Origin: Octopus sinensis
Taxonomy: Eukaryota
Assembly (NCBI RefSeq): GCF_006345805.1
Contig: NC_042998.1
Location: 44,888,001-44,952,000 of the forward strand
Length of the DNA: 64,000 bases
Direction of reading: 5' to 3'
In this document: positions 40,436-52,392 of the stretch, in pieces
How positions within the stretch are numbered: position 1 is the stretch's first letter
How the letters are laid out: each line of letters begins with the position of its first letter
Translations under genes and position numbers: made by a program
Notes under the pieces: generated by a model
Database searches by the model: none
Told to the model about the DNA's origin: nothing
The model's input: the letters and a program-made list of their open reading frames with translations, nothing else

Positions 40436-40704
40436 CACGGTCATATGGCGTAGTGATTAAGAGCGCGGGCTACTAATCCCAAGATTTCGAGTTCGATTCA
40501 AAACAATGACTTGAACAACAACAATAATAATAGTAATAACATCAAAAAATACCTTAGGAATGAGAACCTAGGTTTGAAATTTCCTCAGACACCTGAAGAA
40601 GGCTGGAGGGTATATCAGCCGAAACGTTGTGTTAACAAGATGAGGACAAATATCCGTCGAATGTAAATACTGTACATAATTCCTCATCTCTTAACTATAA
40701 AACT
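40436..40704 (+). mobile_element. tRNA-head/hammerhead element (family C), putative pLTR of the upstream Penelope fragment
   Basis: A box TGGCGTAGTGA and B box GAGTTCGATTC, an (AAC/AAT)n spacer, a hammerhead at 40588-40633, and tail cataattcctcatctctt. Confidence 0.85.
40588..40633 (+). ncRNA. Minimal type I hammerhead ribozyme motif
   Basis: GACAC-CTGAAGA-A-GGCTG(gagggtatat)CAGCC-GAAA-CGT-T-GTGTT. Confidence 0.7.
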
Positions 40705-40824
40705 ATTTACATTTTGTCCAAACTGTTCATATCGTGTCTACTTGTTTCACTTGCCCGCCACTCATAAATCATTAAAACGTACGTCTATGGGTCAATGTTC
40801 TTGCTTTATATGTATACCACCCAT

Positions 40825-41040
40825 TATGGCGGCAGGCTGACAGAATCGTTAACACTCCGAAACAAAATGCTTAGCAGTATTTCTTCCGGCTCTTTACGTT
40901 CCGGTTTCAAATTCCACAGACGTCGACTTGCCTTTCATTCTTTCAGGGTCGATAAAAAATAAGTGCCAGTTGAACACTGAGGTTAGATGTAACCGACTAA
41001 ATCCCCACAAAAATATTTGCTGGCATTGTACCAAAAATAG
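40825..41040 (+). mobile_element. SINE family A (tail type 2)
   Basis: ggcggcaggctgacagaatcgtt...gtttcaaattccacagacgtcgacttgcc. Confidence 0.8.
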
Positions 41041-41053
41041 AAAGAATATACAC

Positions 41054-41099
<46 letters not shown>

Positions 41100-41135
41100 G
41101 TGAAAAAGTTGGTGTGTATATATATGTATATATAT

Positions 41136-41183
<48 letters not shown>

Positions 41184-41189
41184 ATATAT

Positions 41190-41395
41190 AGTTAATCCAA
41201 ACAAGAAAGCACAAAAAACACAACAACGCGAGGACATGGAACAAATATAGTATAATTGGACGCCGCTCAGGAAAGAAGAAAAGAAGGAGGGTTTAACGTT
41301 TCGAGCGGAGCTCTTCGTCGGAAACATAGGAGAAGGAAAGATCCAGAGAAGGGAAGACAGAGGAAAAAAATCGCCAACGGTACACACATGCCACG
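41190..41395 (-). mobile_element. Putative Penelope-type pLTR fragment with a variant hammerhead, adjoining (TA)n
   Basis: Contains the hammerhead-like motif at 41291-41325 and runs into (TA)n at 41190. The PLE assignment is inferred from the ribozyme architecture only. Confidence 0.45.
41291..41325 (-). ncRNA. Minimal type I hammerhead-like motif (U4C core variant)
   Basis: Minus strand reads GTTT-CCGACGA-A-GAGC(tcc)GCTC-GAAA-CGT-T-AAAC. Confidence 0.55.
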
Positions 41396-41431
41396 CATTA
41401 TTCCAGTATTATACTGTTTGACGTCATGTTT

Positions 41432-41815
41432 TTCTTAACCAATAAGATATCGAATATTACGAGAGACTATTTGTATTTGGTTCCTTCCTTTGTTTACTGA
41501 AGGTAGATTTATTTGTTTTTAAAATTAAATCAAAACAGCTTCTCTTAACTTCCTATTTTGCAATGCTATAATTTTATAGAGAAGTGTTGCCTTATTTTCA
41601 AGTGTTATTGTATTACAAAATGTTACTTTCAAGTGTTTGAATGAGGCTCCGTCGAGTTGTTTTGTTGACCAACGTCTGCTGGGCTTCCGTCATGTTTCCT
41701 TCAGGATTCCTCAATCCAGGATGTCTAACGGCTTAGGAAGCTTTCGTGTGGACAAATAATTCAGTCTCCATGACTACATAGATGGTTATTTTAATTTAAT
41801 GCTGCTTTAGATGAG
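41432..41815 (+). repeat. Left arm of a ~390-bp inverted repeat
   Basis: Aligns along its length with the reverse complement of 43666-44054. Confidence 0.9.
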
Positions 41816-42249
41816 CATACTGGTATTCTTTATTCTTTGTCTTCCTCTGACATACATTGCTTTTAAAGACAGCACGACCATATGAAATATGATCTCGGAC
41901 GAATGCCGCAGTAACTTGCAAAGATGAAGATTTTTAATGGGTCAGGTATAATTAGTTGAATTGATTCCCAAATCATGACTGGTATCGTTTAAAAAATGCA
42001 ATTCTTCCACCAACACCACAAAAAGATCAGCACTGGAAAGATGAAAATCAAAGTTGATTACCGACGTGAATATGAGCTACTATATTCCTTTGGACAATAG
42101 CAATGTGCAAACCGAGCATATGTCATTATATTACAAGGTGTTTCGTAATTCGGCGCTGGTAGCGTATATATATATAAATGTATACTGCTAATTTTTGATA
42201 ATTTATTAAATTCAGAACCAGTTATATATATGTTGCTAAAGCACTCTGA

Positions 42250-42485
42250 AGGCGGTGAGCTGGCAGAAACGTTAGCACGTCGGGCGAAATGCTTAGCGGT
42301 ATTTCGCGTGCCGCTAAGTTCTGAGTTCAAATTCCGCCGAGGTCGATTTTGCCCTTCATCCTTTCGGGGTTGATAAATAAAGTACCAGTTACGCATTGGG
42401 GTCGATGTATTTGACTTAATCCCTTTGTCTGTCCTTGTTTGTTTGTCCCCTCTATGTTTAGCCCCTTGTGGGCAATAAAGAAATC
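42250..42485 (+). mobile_element. SINE family A monomer
   Basis: 12-bp TSD aaagcactctga at 42238-42249 and 42486-42497. Confidence 0.92.
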
Positions 42486-42639
42486 AAAGCACTCTGATGT
42501 AATACAGTACACACAGTCGTCACTCGCGATTAGAGCCTCAACAAGAAATATCGTAAGATGGAACAGGTCAACTTTTGGGTCCTGAGAGTGAAGGTTTCTA
42601 CACCCTTAGGGGTGGGGTTGTAAGGAGTGCATCACATAA

Positions 42640-42990
42640 TAACTGGCCACTTCTTGGCACACTAGATCCCGTACTTTTAAAGTCCATGTTCGACTGCATG
42701 TATGGTTTGGTAGTACCTACCATGCCTTTGGAAATTGCTTTAGGTGGGCGTGTGATCATGAGCAGTTATAATTACCTTCTCGGCCCTTACTCTCAAGCCA
42801 GTGTAATATCTAGAATACGACAGCTGAAGGAAAAGAGGACTGCGCCAGCACCCGGTTAATACTGATTATAGCTGGGTAGACTGGAATAACGTGAAGTCAA
42901 ATGGCCTACTCAAGGATACGACGCGCTGACCAATCCAGAATTTGAACACATGAGCCGAACTCTCTCGGCCACGTACCGTTAGCACTCGGC
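42640..42990 (+). mobile_element. Old dispersed repeat, family G, copy 3, plus SINE-like tail
   Basis: Shared blocks with 5430-5700 (+) and 15010-15240 (-). Confidence 0.55.
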
Positions 42991-43665
42991 CATAAGTTCA
43001 ATAATTCTTAATAAGGAGTCAACGATATTCTAATGTGGAGTAACGGAACAAATATCAGAGGATTGATATAGAGTCATTAAATAGTTAACTAATACTCCTA
43101 ATAAAAATAAAGGGTAATTGAAAATACACACACTCACAAGTATACTCACACACACGTGCGTGCGACCACACACATAATTACACCCTAAGCAAGAGAAATT
43201 TTAGTGTGACGACTACGACGACGATGACGATGATGATGATGCTTTTTAGACTGATTAATTGAAATCTTAGTTTCTATAACAATCCTTTTATTGGAGTGTT
43301 ACCTATACACATTTTAGATTTATGTAAATGCTTTAAAGATAAGCATTTTTCATAATATGAAACTGCAAGGAGAATTGTTTTTCATTGCATGTCACATAAA
43401 AAACCTGCGACGAATCACTGCTAAAACACGCTTCTGTTGGCGCGCTACAGGACTCGTCCGGGAACTTTTTGATACCACCTCGTATATACCAGATGAAGAC
43501 AAAAAAAACTCATCTTAGCCACGGCTGGCGAGAATATCAGATCCATATCGGTCTAGTTGGGTTTGTCGGTGGTATGTACTCACAGACAACAAAATGCCAA
43601 GAGGATATTTGTTGCCTCCGTTAGAGGAAAAATTGAATAAAACGTTCTCGAGTATTACGAATAGC

Positions 43666-44054
43666 CTCAACTGAAGCAGCTTTAAATTAAAATAACTATC
43701 TATGTAGTAGTGCATACTGAATTACTTGTCCACACGAAAGCTTCCTATGCCGTCAGACATCCTGGATTGAGAAATCCTTAAGAAACCCTAACGGAAGCTC
43801 AGCAGACATTGATCAACGACACAACTCGACAAAGCCTCATTCAAATACTTGAAAGTAACATTTTGTAATACAATAACACTTGAAAGTAAGGCTACATTTC
43901 TCTATAAAATTATACGCATTGCAAAATAGGAAGTTAAGAGAAGTTGTGTTGATTTGATTTTAAAAACAAACAAATAAATCTACCTCCAGTAAACAAAGCA
44001 AAGAACAAATACAAATAGTCCCTTGTAATGTTGGATTTCTTATTGGTTAAGAAG
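43666..44054 (-). repeat. Right arm of the ~390-bp inverted repeat
   Basis: Reverse complement of 41432-41815. Confidence 0.9.
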
Positions 44055-44065
44055 TGTCGTCAAGG

Positions 44066-44620
44066 TAATACAGCCAACTGTAACATGATGCTGTTGCTAA
44101 AACAACATCCAACGCCGTTTACATAAAAGACTGCGCTGGGATAAATATAAATAACATCTCTGCTCTGGAATGCATACATGCATATCAGCACAAGGAATAC
44201 TGGTGGAACATTCCCATCAAAACTTCTCACAAGTCTAAACATAAGATCTGACATAGTTATTTGGAACAGAAGAGAAAAGTCACGTACAGTCATAGAAGTT
44301 AGTTTTTCCCTACAGATTTGAACATCTTTTCAAAATCATTGAAAAGGCGAATACCTGTGGAGAACTGCTTTGACACCTGCTACTCTTCTAATTTGATGGA
44401 TAATTTACACTTATACCAACAATCATTAGTATACTTGGTTATATTGCTAAAAGTCTAAGCGATAATTTGAAAGGGCTAGGATTTTGAGGCAACGAAAGAG
44501 ACACTCCAAAATGAAATTTACAGATACAATCTATGAGTGGAACAATAAAAGTATGCAAGGCTTTCTTAATGTTCGATATGTCACAGTTATCGTCGTTTTC
44601 TTTTATCCAAATTCCATTGA
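44066..44620 (+). pseudogene. RLE-type (R4/Dong-like) non-LTR retrotransposon 3' end: restriction-like endonuclease domain
   Basis: HDAVAKT...KEYWWNIPIKTSHKSKH/(P)DIVIWNRREKSRTVIEVS...EKANTCGELL...TLIPTIISILGY...LQIQSMSGTIKVCKAFL. These are the RHD, PD..E and IPxxxGxLG motifs of RLE domains, with frameshifts and stops. Confidence 0.8.
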
Positions 44621-44994
44621 TAGAACTTTTGGCTCTTTGTTAGAAATCAGCTCCGTTATTTTAGGAAAAATGTTAATAAATACAAAACAGTAAAAGCATA
44701 CGTACATTCCTCAGTAAAATATAAGCATTACATACCAGATATAATGATCTGAGACAAGAGGAAAGAAATTATACACAAAAGTATATAGCAGATGTTAACA
44801 TTTTATTAAAGTACAATGAAGGGAAAAACATTTATACAGAACTAATGAAGAATTAGCAGTTACTCCACCCGAAGTACAGCTTTAGGTTTATACCTGCAAT
44901 TATTGAATGCATAACTAATTGCTTCACCAGTTTTGAGAAGTTAGACTGCACAAAAATAAGTGGATTTGGATAATTAGGAAATTACTACTCGAAG

Positions 44995-45133
44995 CAGTTT
45001 TATATTTAAGAGATGAGGAATTATGTACATTTTTTTTTTGTTCACGGGCATATGGCGTAGTGGTTAAGATCGCGGGCTACTAACCTCAAGATTCTGAGTT
45101 CGATTCCAGGCAGTGACTTGAATAATAATAATG

Positions 45134-45164
<31 letters not shown>

Positions 45165-45336
45165 TAACAACAACAACATCGAAAAATATCTTAGGAATGA
45201 GAACTCAGGTTTGAAATTTCCCCCAAGAAACCTGATGAAGGCTGGAGAGTATATCAGCTGAAACGTTGTGTTAACAACAAACAAGGTGAGGACAAATATC
45301 CGCCGAATGTAAATAATGTAAATAATGTAAAAAATG
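44995..45336 (+). mobile_element. Family C insertion with the 3' tail inverted at the 5' end
   Basis: 13-bp TSD ttactactcgaag at 44982-44994 and 45337-45349. 44995-45031 is the reverse complement of the family tail. The tRNA head starts at 45043. Confidence 0.9.
45227..45272 (+). ncRNA. Minimal type I hammerhead motif (one stem I mismatch)
   Basis: GAAAC-CTGATGA-A-GGCTG(gagagtatat)CAGCT-GAAA-CGT-T-GTGTT. Confidence 0.6.
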
Positions 45337-45456
45337 TTACTACTCGAAGTCATTAATATGACTGTGAAAATATGCAAACCATTCCAGAAGTTTGGCCAGA
45401 CGTATACACAGTTACATATTTATGGACATAGAAACACATATGCATAAATGTGTCTC

Positions 45457-45504
<48 letters not shown>

Positions 45505-45507
<3 letters not shown>

Positions 45508-45635
45508 CACATAGTCTAGTGGTTAGGGTGTTGGTCTCACGATCACGAGATCGTAGTTTCAATTCCTAGACCGGGTTTTGCGTTGTGTTCTTGAGTAAAA
45601 CACTTCATCTCAAGTTGCTCTACGATCACTTCATA
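45505..45635 (+). mobile_element. tRNA-derived SINE family E, 5' part
   Basis: tagtctagtggttagggtgttgg...tagtttcaattcct...gcgttgtgttcttgagtaaaacacttcatctcaagttgctc. Confidence 0.75.
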
Positions 45636-45674
45636 CATATACACACACTGGCATGCATACCTACATACATACAT

Positions 45675-45770
<96 letters not shown>

Positions 45771-46659
45771 CCCATTTGTTGTTGTCTAAATCCCAATGAA
45801 AGAGCCTTGTTTCTGGGTCAGAAACTGACCTTTCTCCATTGGCGAGAAATCTGAGAAATACGACCTGAAGAACATATATACATAATATTCTGGCACCATA
45901 TATACATATGCATGCGTATGCGTGTGTATATATATATATACATACATACGTATAAAGATAAGCATACAGCGTATGTGTACATACCACCCTAACAACCAAC
46001 AAACACAGCTTTGCAACTGCTTGCTTTGTGTTTCCATAGCAATCACACGCCGCTAGTCTCTCCCAGCATCCAGCATCAATTATTATCATCGCCCCCCACC
46101 AACTCTCCTAGCGACCCACCACCATTCATAATGGGTCACTACTACCAATACATACCGCCTGTACACCACCAGTACCTCCGACACCATCAACACCACCAAC
46201 ACCAGAACTACAACACAATGGAATAGTAATGCTTGCTTGAATAAAAAGGTGCTAGTTACGTCACAAAGGAATCAATGGCATCCCGATTCCCAGACTACTA
46301 CTACTAATACTAATCGGCCAGCACATGCTCCCTCGCCAGCACAGCTATCTCCCACTACTACGACTACTGATACGGATAGCGCCGTCACCAGTGCCAATCA
46401 ACCAGGCAGGGCAAAGCCTCTAAGTGGCCGCTCGTTGTGCTGGAAATAGCTGCCCGAGTCCCCTAGAAATCACTCATTTTGGAATCGCTGTCTAAAAGGA
46501 GGAAAGAATACATTAGAAAATGTACTCCTATGTAGTATTTATAAAGAAAAAAAAACAGAGAAAGAGAAAAACATAGATGGGGTAGTCACGGATGGATTGA
46601 GTTTGACCACAGGTCTCATGCATCGATGTTGATGACTTGACAATGACAACCCTACAAAT

Positions 46660-47190
46660 GTCACCAGCACTACCACTATTACCACTACTTCTACCATTAC
46701 TACCGCCACCATTACCACCACTACCACCACAACCATTACCACCACCACTATCACCACCACCATCACCATCATCATTACTACTACCAAGACCACCACCACC
46801 ACCACCACCATTACCACCACTACCACCACCACCATTACTACCACCACCATTACCACCACTACCACCATCACCATTACTACCACCACCATTACCACCACCA
46901 TCATTACTACTACCACCATCACCGCTACCCCATCATCTCCACCATCACCACCACCATCACCACTACCCTTCCCACCACTACCACCATCATTTCCACAACT
47001 TCCATTACCACCACTGCTATTACCATCATCACCATGACCACCACCACCACCACTATTACTACCATCATTGAGCAAATACAAGCACCACAACTGCAACCAT
47101 TAAAAGTAGAATTACCACTATCAATCTGTATAACTATCACTCACCACATCTATTACATTATATCAATCATCACCACCATCATCACCTAAA
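46660..47190. repeat. Degenerate (CCA/CTA/CAT)n trinucleotide array
   Basis: Visible directly; it produces the poly-P/T/H/V ORF artefacts. Confidence 0.9.
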
Positions 47191-47309
47191 GAGAGAGAGA
47201 AAGGGCTTTTATGTAGGAGTTTATCGACGTGCTAGAAACAATAGCTAATTCCTCCACAAAAGTATTGCATATAATAAAGGATACAGAAGCTTGGACCATT
47301 CCAGTCTAT

Positions 47310-47756
47310 ATATATATGTATGCATACATGTATATATGTATGTATGTATGTATGAATGTATGTATGTATGTTTGTATGTATGTATGCATGTCTGCATGCA
47401 TGCATGCCTGTATGTATGTATGTATGTATGTATGTATGTATGTATGTATGTATGCATGTATGTATGTATGTATGCATGTGTATGTATATATGTATGTGTG
47501 AGTATGTATGTATGCATGTATGTATGTATGCATGTATGTATGTATGCATGCATGCATGCATGTATGTATACATGTATGCATGCATGCCTGTATGTATGCA
47601 TGCATGCCTGTATGTATGTGTATGTATATATGTATGTGCGAGTATGTATGCATGCATGTATGTATGTATTGTATATACAAGTCTGTATGTATGTGTGCAT
47701 GTGTGCATGTTTGTATGTGCGTGTATGTTTGCATGTATGGATGTGTGTGTATGTAC

Positions 47757-47787
<31 letters not shown>

Positions 47788-48737
47788 TGTATGTATGTAT
47801 GTATGTATGTAGTATGCGCGTATGTATGGGCGCGCGTATGTATGGATGCATTCATCCATCCATGTATGGATGTACGGATGTAGGCATACGACTGGATAGA
47901 TGGATGTTGCATATGTGTGTACGGAGGAATGCATAGATGAATGACCGAATGAATGAACGAATGATTGAACGAATGAATGAATGAATGAATGAATGAATGA
48001 ATGAATGATGGATGGCTGAATGATTGATGGCTGGCTGATTGCATGGCTGAATGAGCGGATGAATGCATCGTTGGATGGATTGATGGATTGATGGATGGAT
48101 GGACATACGTATGGGTAAATGCATTTGTATGCTTTAGATTCAGATACTGGTATACATGAGCATACGGTGTTAGTGGATAGTTCATAAATGTCTACATGAA
48201 TAAACATTAGTGACATGTATGTACATGAATATGCTTGGGCATGTATATGTGTGTGTGTGCGTATGTGTATGTGCGTGCGCGTGGATGTGTGTACAAGCGC
48301 GCGTATGTCTATGCCTGTGCGTATATACACACACATATACAAGCATTTGCCGAACGTATTTACATTAACAAATACATACATCATGTATGTATGTATGTAT
48401 GTATGTATGTATGTATGTATGTATGTATGTATGTATGAATGCATGTATGCATACATGTATGTATGTATGCATGTATGTATATATGTATGTATGTATATAT
48501 GTATGTATGTATGCATGTATGTATGCATGTATGTATATATGTATGTATGTATATATGTATGTATGTATGCATGTATGTATATATGTATGTATGTATATAT
48601 GTATGTATGTATGCATGTATGTATGCATGTATGTATATATGTATGTATGTATATATGTATGTATGTATGTCTGTATGAATGTATGTATGTATGTATGTAT
48701 GTTTATATGTATGTTTGTATGAAGGTATGCATGTATG

Positions 48738-48771
<34 letters not shown>

Positions 48772-48900
48772 TGTATGTATGTATGTATGTATGAATGAAT
48801 GTATGCATGCGTGTATGTATATATGTATGAATGCATGTACGTATGTATGTATTCATGTATGTATGCATACTTGCAAATATGTAGCTTGTATGTATGTAAC
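47310..48900. repeat. Large degenerate (TATG/CATG)n array with a (TGAA/TGGA)n segment
   Basis: Visible directly in the sequence. Confidence 0.9.
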
Positions 48901-49276
48901 CATATACGGGTGTATATCTGTGTGCGACTTAGTATAACTGGTGCATGGCATGAGCCTGTGTATACGTTTGTGCACGTGGTTGTGAGTATGCACACGTGCC
49001 AATGTGCGTATGCACGTATTGGCATGCACGTCTGTGCCGCGATTGTACGGAGCACGTTTGGGCATGTGTATTGGGCAAGTGTCTTTGAATTAGCACAACC
49101 GCACTCATCAGGAATGCCGATGTTTGTATATTTTCAAAAAGATACATGCGTGTGCGTACGCAGGCGCGTACACACATACACACATACACACACACACACT
49201 GAGACACACACACATACACATATACATTCATATACATATATATATATGCAGTCTTCCTATACACACACACACACAT

Positions 49277-49383
<107 letters not shown>

Positions 49384-49555
49384 ATATGTATGTTTATGTA
49401 TATATACTCTAGTTAGTCAACTTCATACATGCATTGTGCACGCAGGTTTTCCGTATTTTTTAAAATCTTTTATTGCACGCATGCAAATGCCGGGTGCCTA
49501 TTTACTTTTCGGCTACTTTGGCACATGCCAATGCCATGCATGAGAGTGAGAGAGA

Positions 49556-49598
<43 letters not shown>

Positions 49599-49715
49599 AG
49601 AAAGAGTGAGAGAGACAGTGACAGACAGACAGACAGAAGGTGAAAGAGAAATAGACAGAATGAACGACGTTGTGTAGGGATCAATCTATCTATCTATATA
49701 TCTATCTATCTATCT

Positions 49716-49781
<66 letters not shown>

Positions 49782-50089
49782 ATGCAATACGAAAGTATTG
49801 CTTTCCAGTAAAAGATAGCCCGTAAGGGTAAAATTATACATAATATATATATATATATTCAAAAAGCAATAAAGATTCAAGTTAATTTAAATGAATTTAC
49901 TTGAATATGGTACCTAACTTAGATGCACCAAAACAAATTATACGGTTTTAACAATACAGTAATGTGGGGTGATTATAAGCGAGAAAGAAGCAACAAGAAT
50001 GGATAGGTTTTTAGTACAATCGTTTCATACAAGGACAGGCTTTATTAACAGTTGCAAAAATTGCAGCATATAAACGCATATAAATTGCA

Positions 50090-50148
<59 letters not shown>

Positions 50149-50165
50149 CATACATATATACATAC

Positions 50166-50226
<61 letters not shown>

Positions 50227-50869
50227 ATGAGTTGAGGAAAGGTCGGGGTGTAAGCGTATGTTTGCGCGGAAAAGAAGATATCGACTGAGTAAGCACGCGT
50301 ATGTACGAACGTCTGAGTGTTTGTTTATTCATTTCTTTGTTTGTTTATTTGTGTACACTGCATTCCCTTTGCTATTCGTTCTGTTTGGTGCTATGCGTCC
50401 TTCCTATCAAACAGCAAAGTGCGAAAAATTAGGCCAAATTTCGTTCGACTTTCTAACTTGAATGAGTTACTTTCCGTACGACGTCTGCTGAAGCAGAAAT
50501 CGATGGCGGAGGAGAAGGGAATCTCCTACTCCTCCTACTCCTCCGATTCGTTCTGTCGTTGATCCAGAACTCCTTCTCTTCTCCCTTAGCAATCCCTTGT
50601 TATAAAATAGCAGGAATAACCAAGCATTTTCAACATTCGATATAGAAACTGGGACTGAAGCTTGAGACTTAGAATGCTACCATCGTGGCATATTGCTATC
50701 AGCAATAAAGATATACATGTCAGTCATATATAATACGATGCCACCATCCGATTCGCCGCTCTGTTTCTCTCTGCCGATATTATATTACTGTATATTCTTA
50801 TCTATGTATCTATCTATCTCTTTCCCTTTTTTTTTCACTCTCCCTTTTCGGGTTGTATTCCGATATATG

Positions 50870-50948
<79 letters not shown>

Positions 50949-51009
50949 AATATAATATATATGTATGTATGTATGTATATGTATAGATAGATAGATAGAT
51001 AGATGATAG

Positions 51010-51124
<115 letters not shown>

Positions 51125-51245
51125 CAGATAGATGTGTGTGTATGTATGTACCGTATGTATGTATGTATGTATGTATGTATGTATGTATGTATGTATAGGC
51201 GTGTGTGTGTATGTTTGTATACAGATTTGTATACATGTACATATA

Positions 51246-51305
<60 letters not shown>

Positions 51306-51897
51306 TCCATACATATATATATAGATATATATACACACACACATATGCATATATATATATGCGGACACAGATATGTATACACACACACACATATATATAT
51401 ACACATACACACATATATTTTCACACACACACACACACATATATATATATACATGTATGTATGTATGTATGTATGTATGTATGTATGTATGTATGTATGT
51501 ATGTTTCTCCTCTCGCCTTCTGTGTCCGTCTGAGATCCTTTTTTTGATATCAATATCCGTTTCACTCAGTTGATAATGAAATTATGAACATCTGTCATGG
51601 AATGTTGTCACGACGACGACGACGACGACGGTGATGATGATGATGATGATGATGATGATAAGGAGGAAGAGGAGCAGGAGGAGCAGGAGGAGGGAGTCGA
51701 GGCCGACGGCATTGCTGATATCAATGAATGGCAATGCAATTGTGCACATATCCTACCAATATGACTTCTTTCGCTTCCCAATAATTTCCTCTATTCCACC
51801 CAATATTGACTCAGAAAGGGTTGAGACAAGTGTTAGACAAGTTTCCAATGAATGGGTGATTGAAATTTCTATTACACACAAACACGCGCGCGCGCAT

Positions 51898-51972
<75 letters not shown>

Positions 51973-52059
51973 CATACCCACATACCTACATACATAAATA
52001 CATACATACATACATATACATATATATATACATATATATATATATACATACATACATAC

Positions 52060-52099
<40 letters not shown>

Positions 52100-52223
52100 G
52101 CATATATATATATATACATATGTATATATAGATATATATACATATATATATATGTGTGTGTGTGTGTATGTACATATATATACATACATATACATATATA
52201 GATATATATATATGGATGCATAT

Positions 52224-52257
<34 letters not shown>

Positions 52258-52340
52258 GCATGCATACATACATACATACATATTACGTGCGTGTGTGTAT
52301 GCATATAGGTATCTATATGTGTGTGTGTGCATGCGTGCGT

Positions 52341-52392
<52 letters not shown>

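Noticed and set aside
40436-40510. Bona fide tRNA genes at SINE heads (also at 9001-9074 and 45043-45115)
   Set aside because: The acceptor stem does not close and the heads run into repeat bodies, so these are tRNA-derived promoters rather than tRNA genes.
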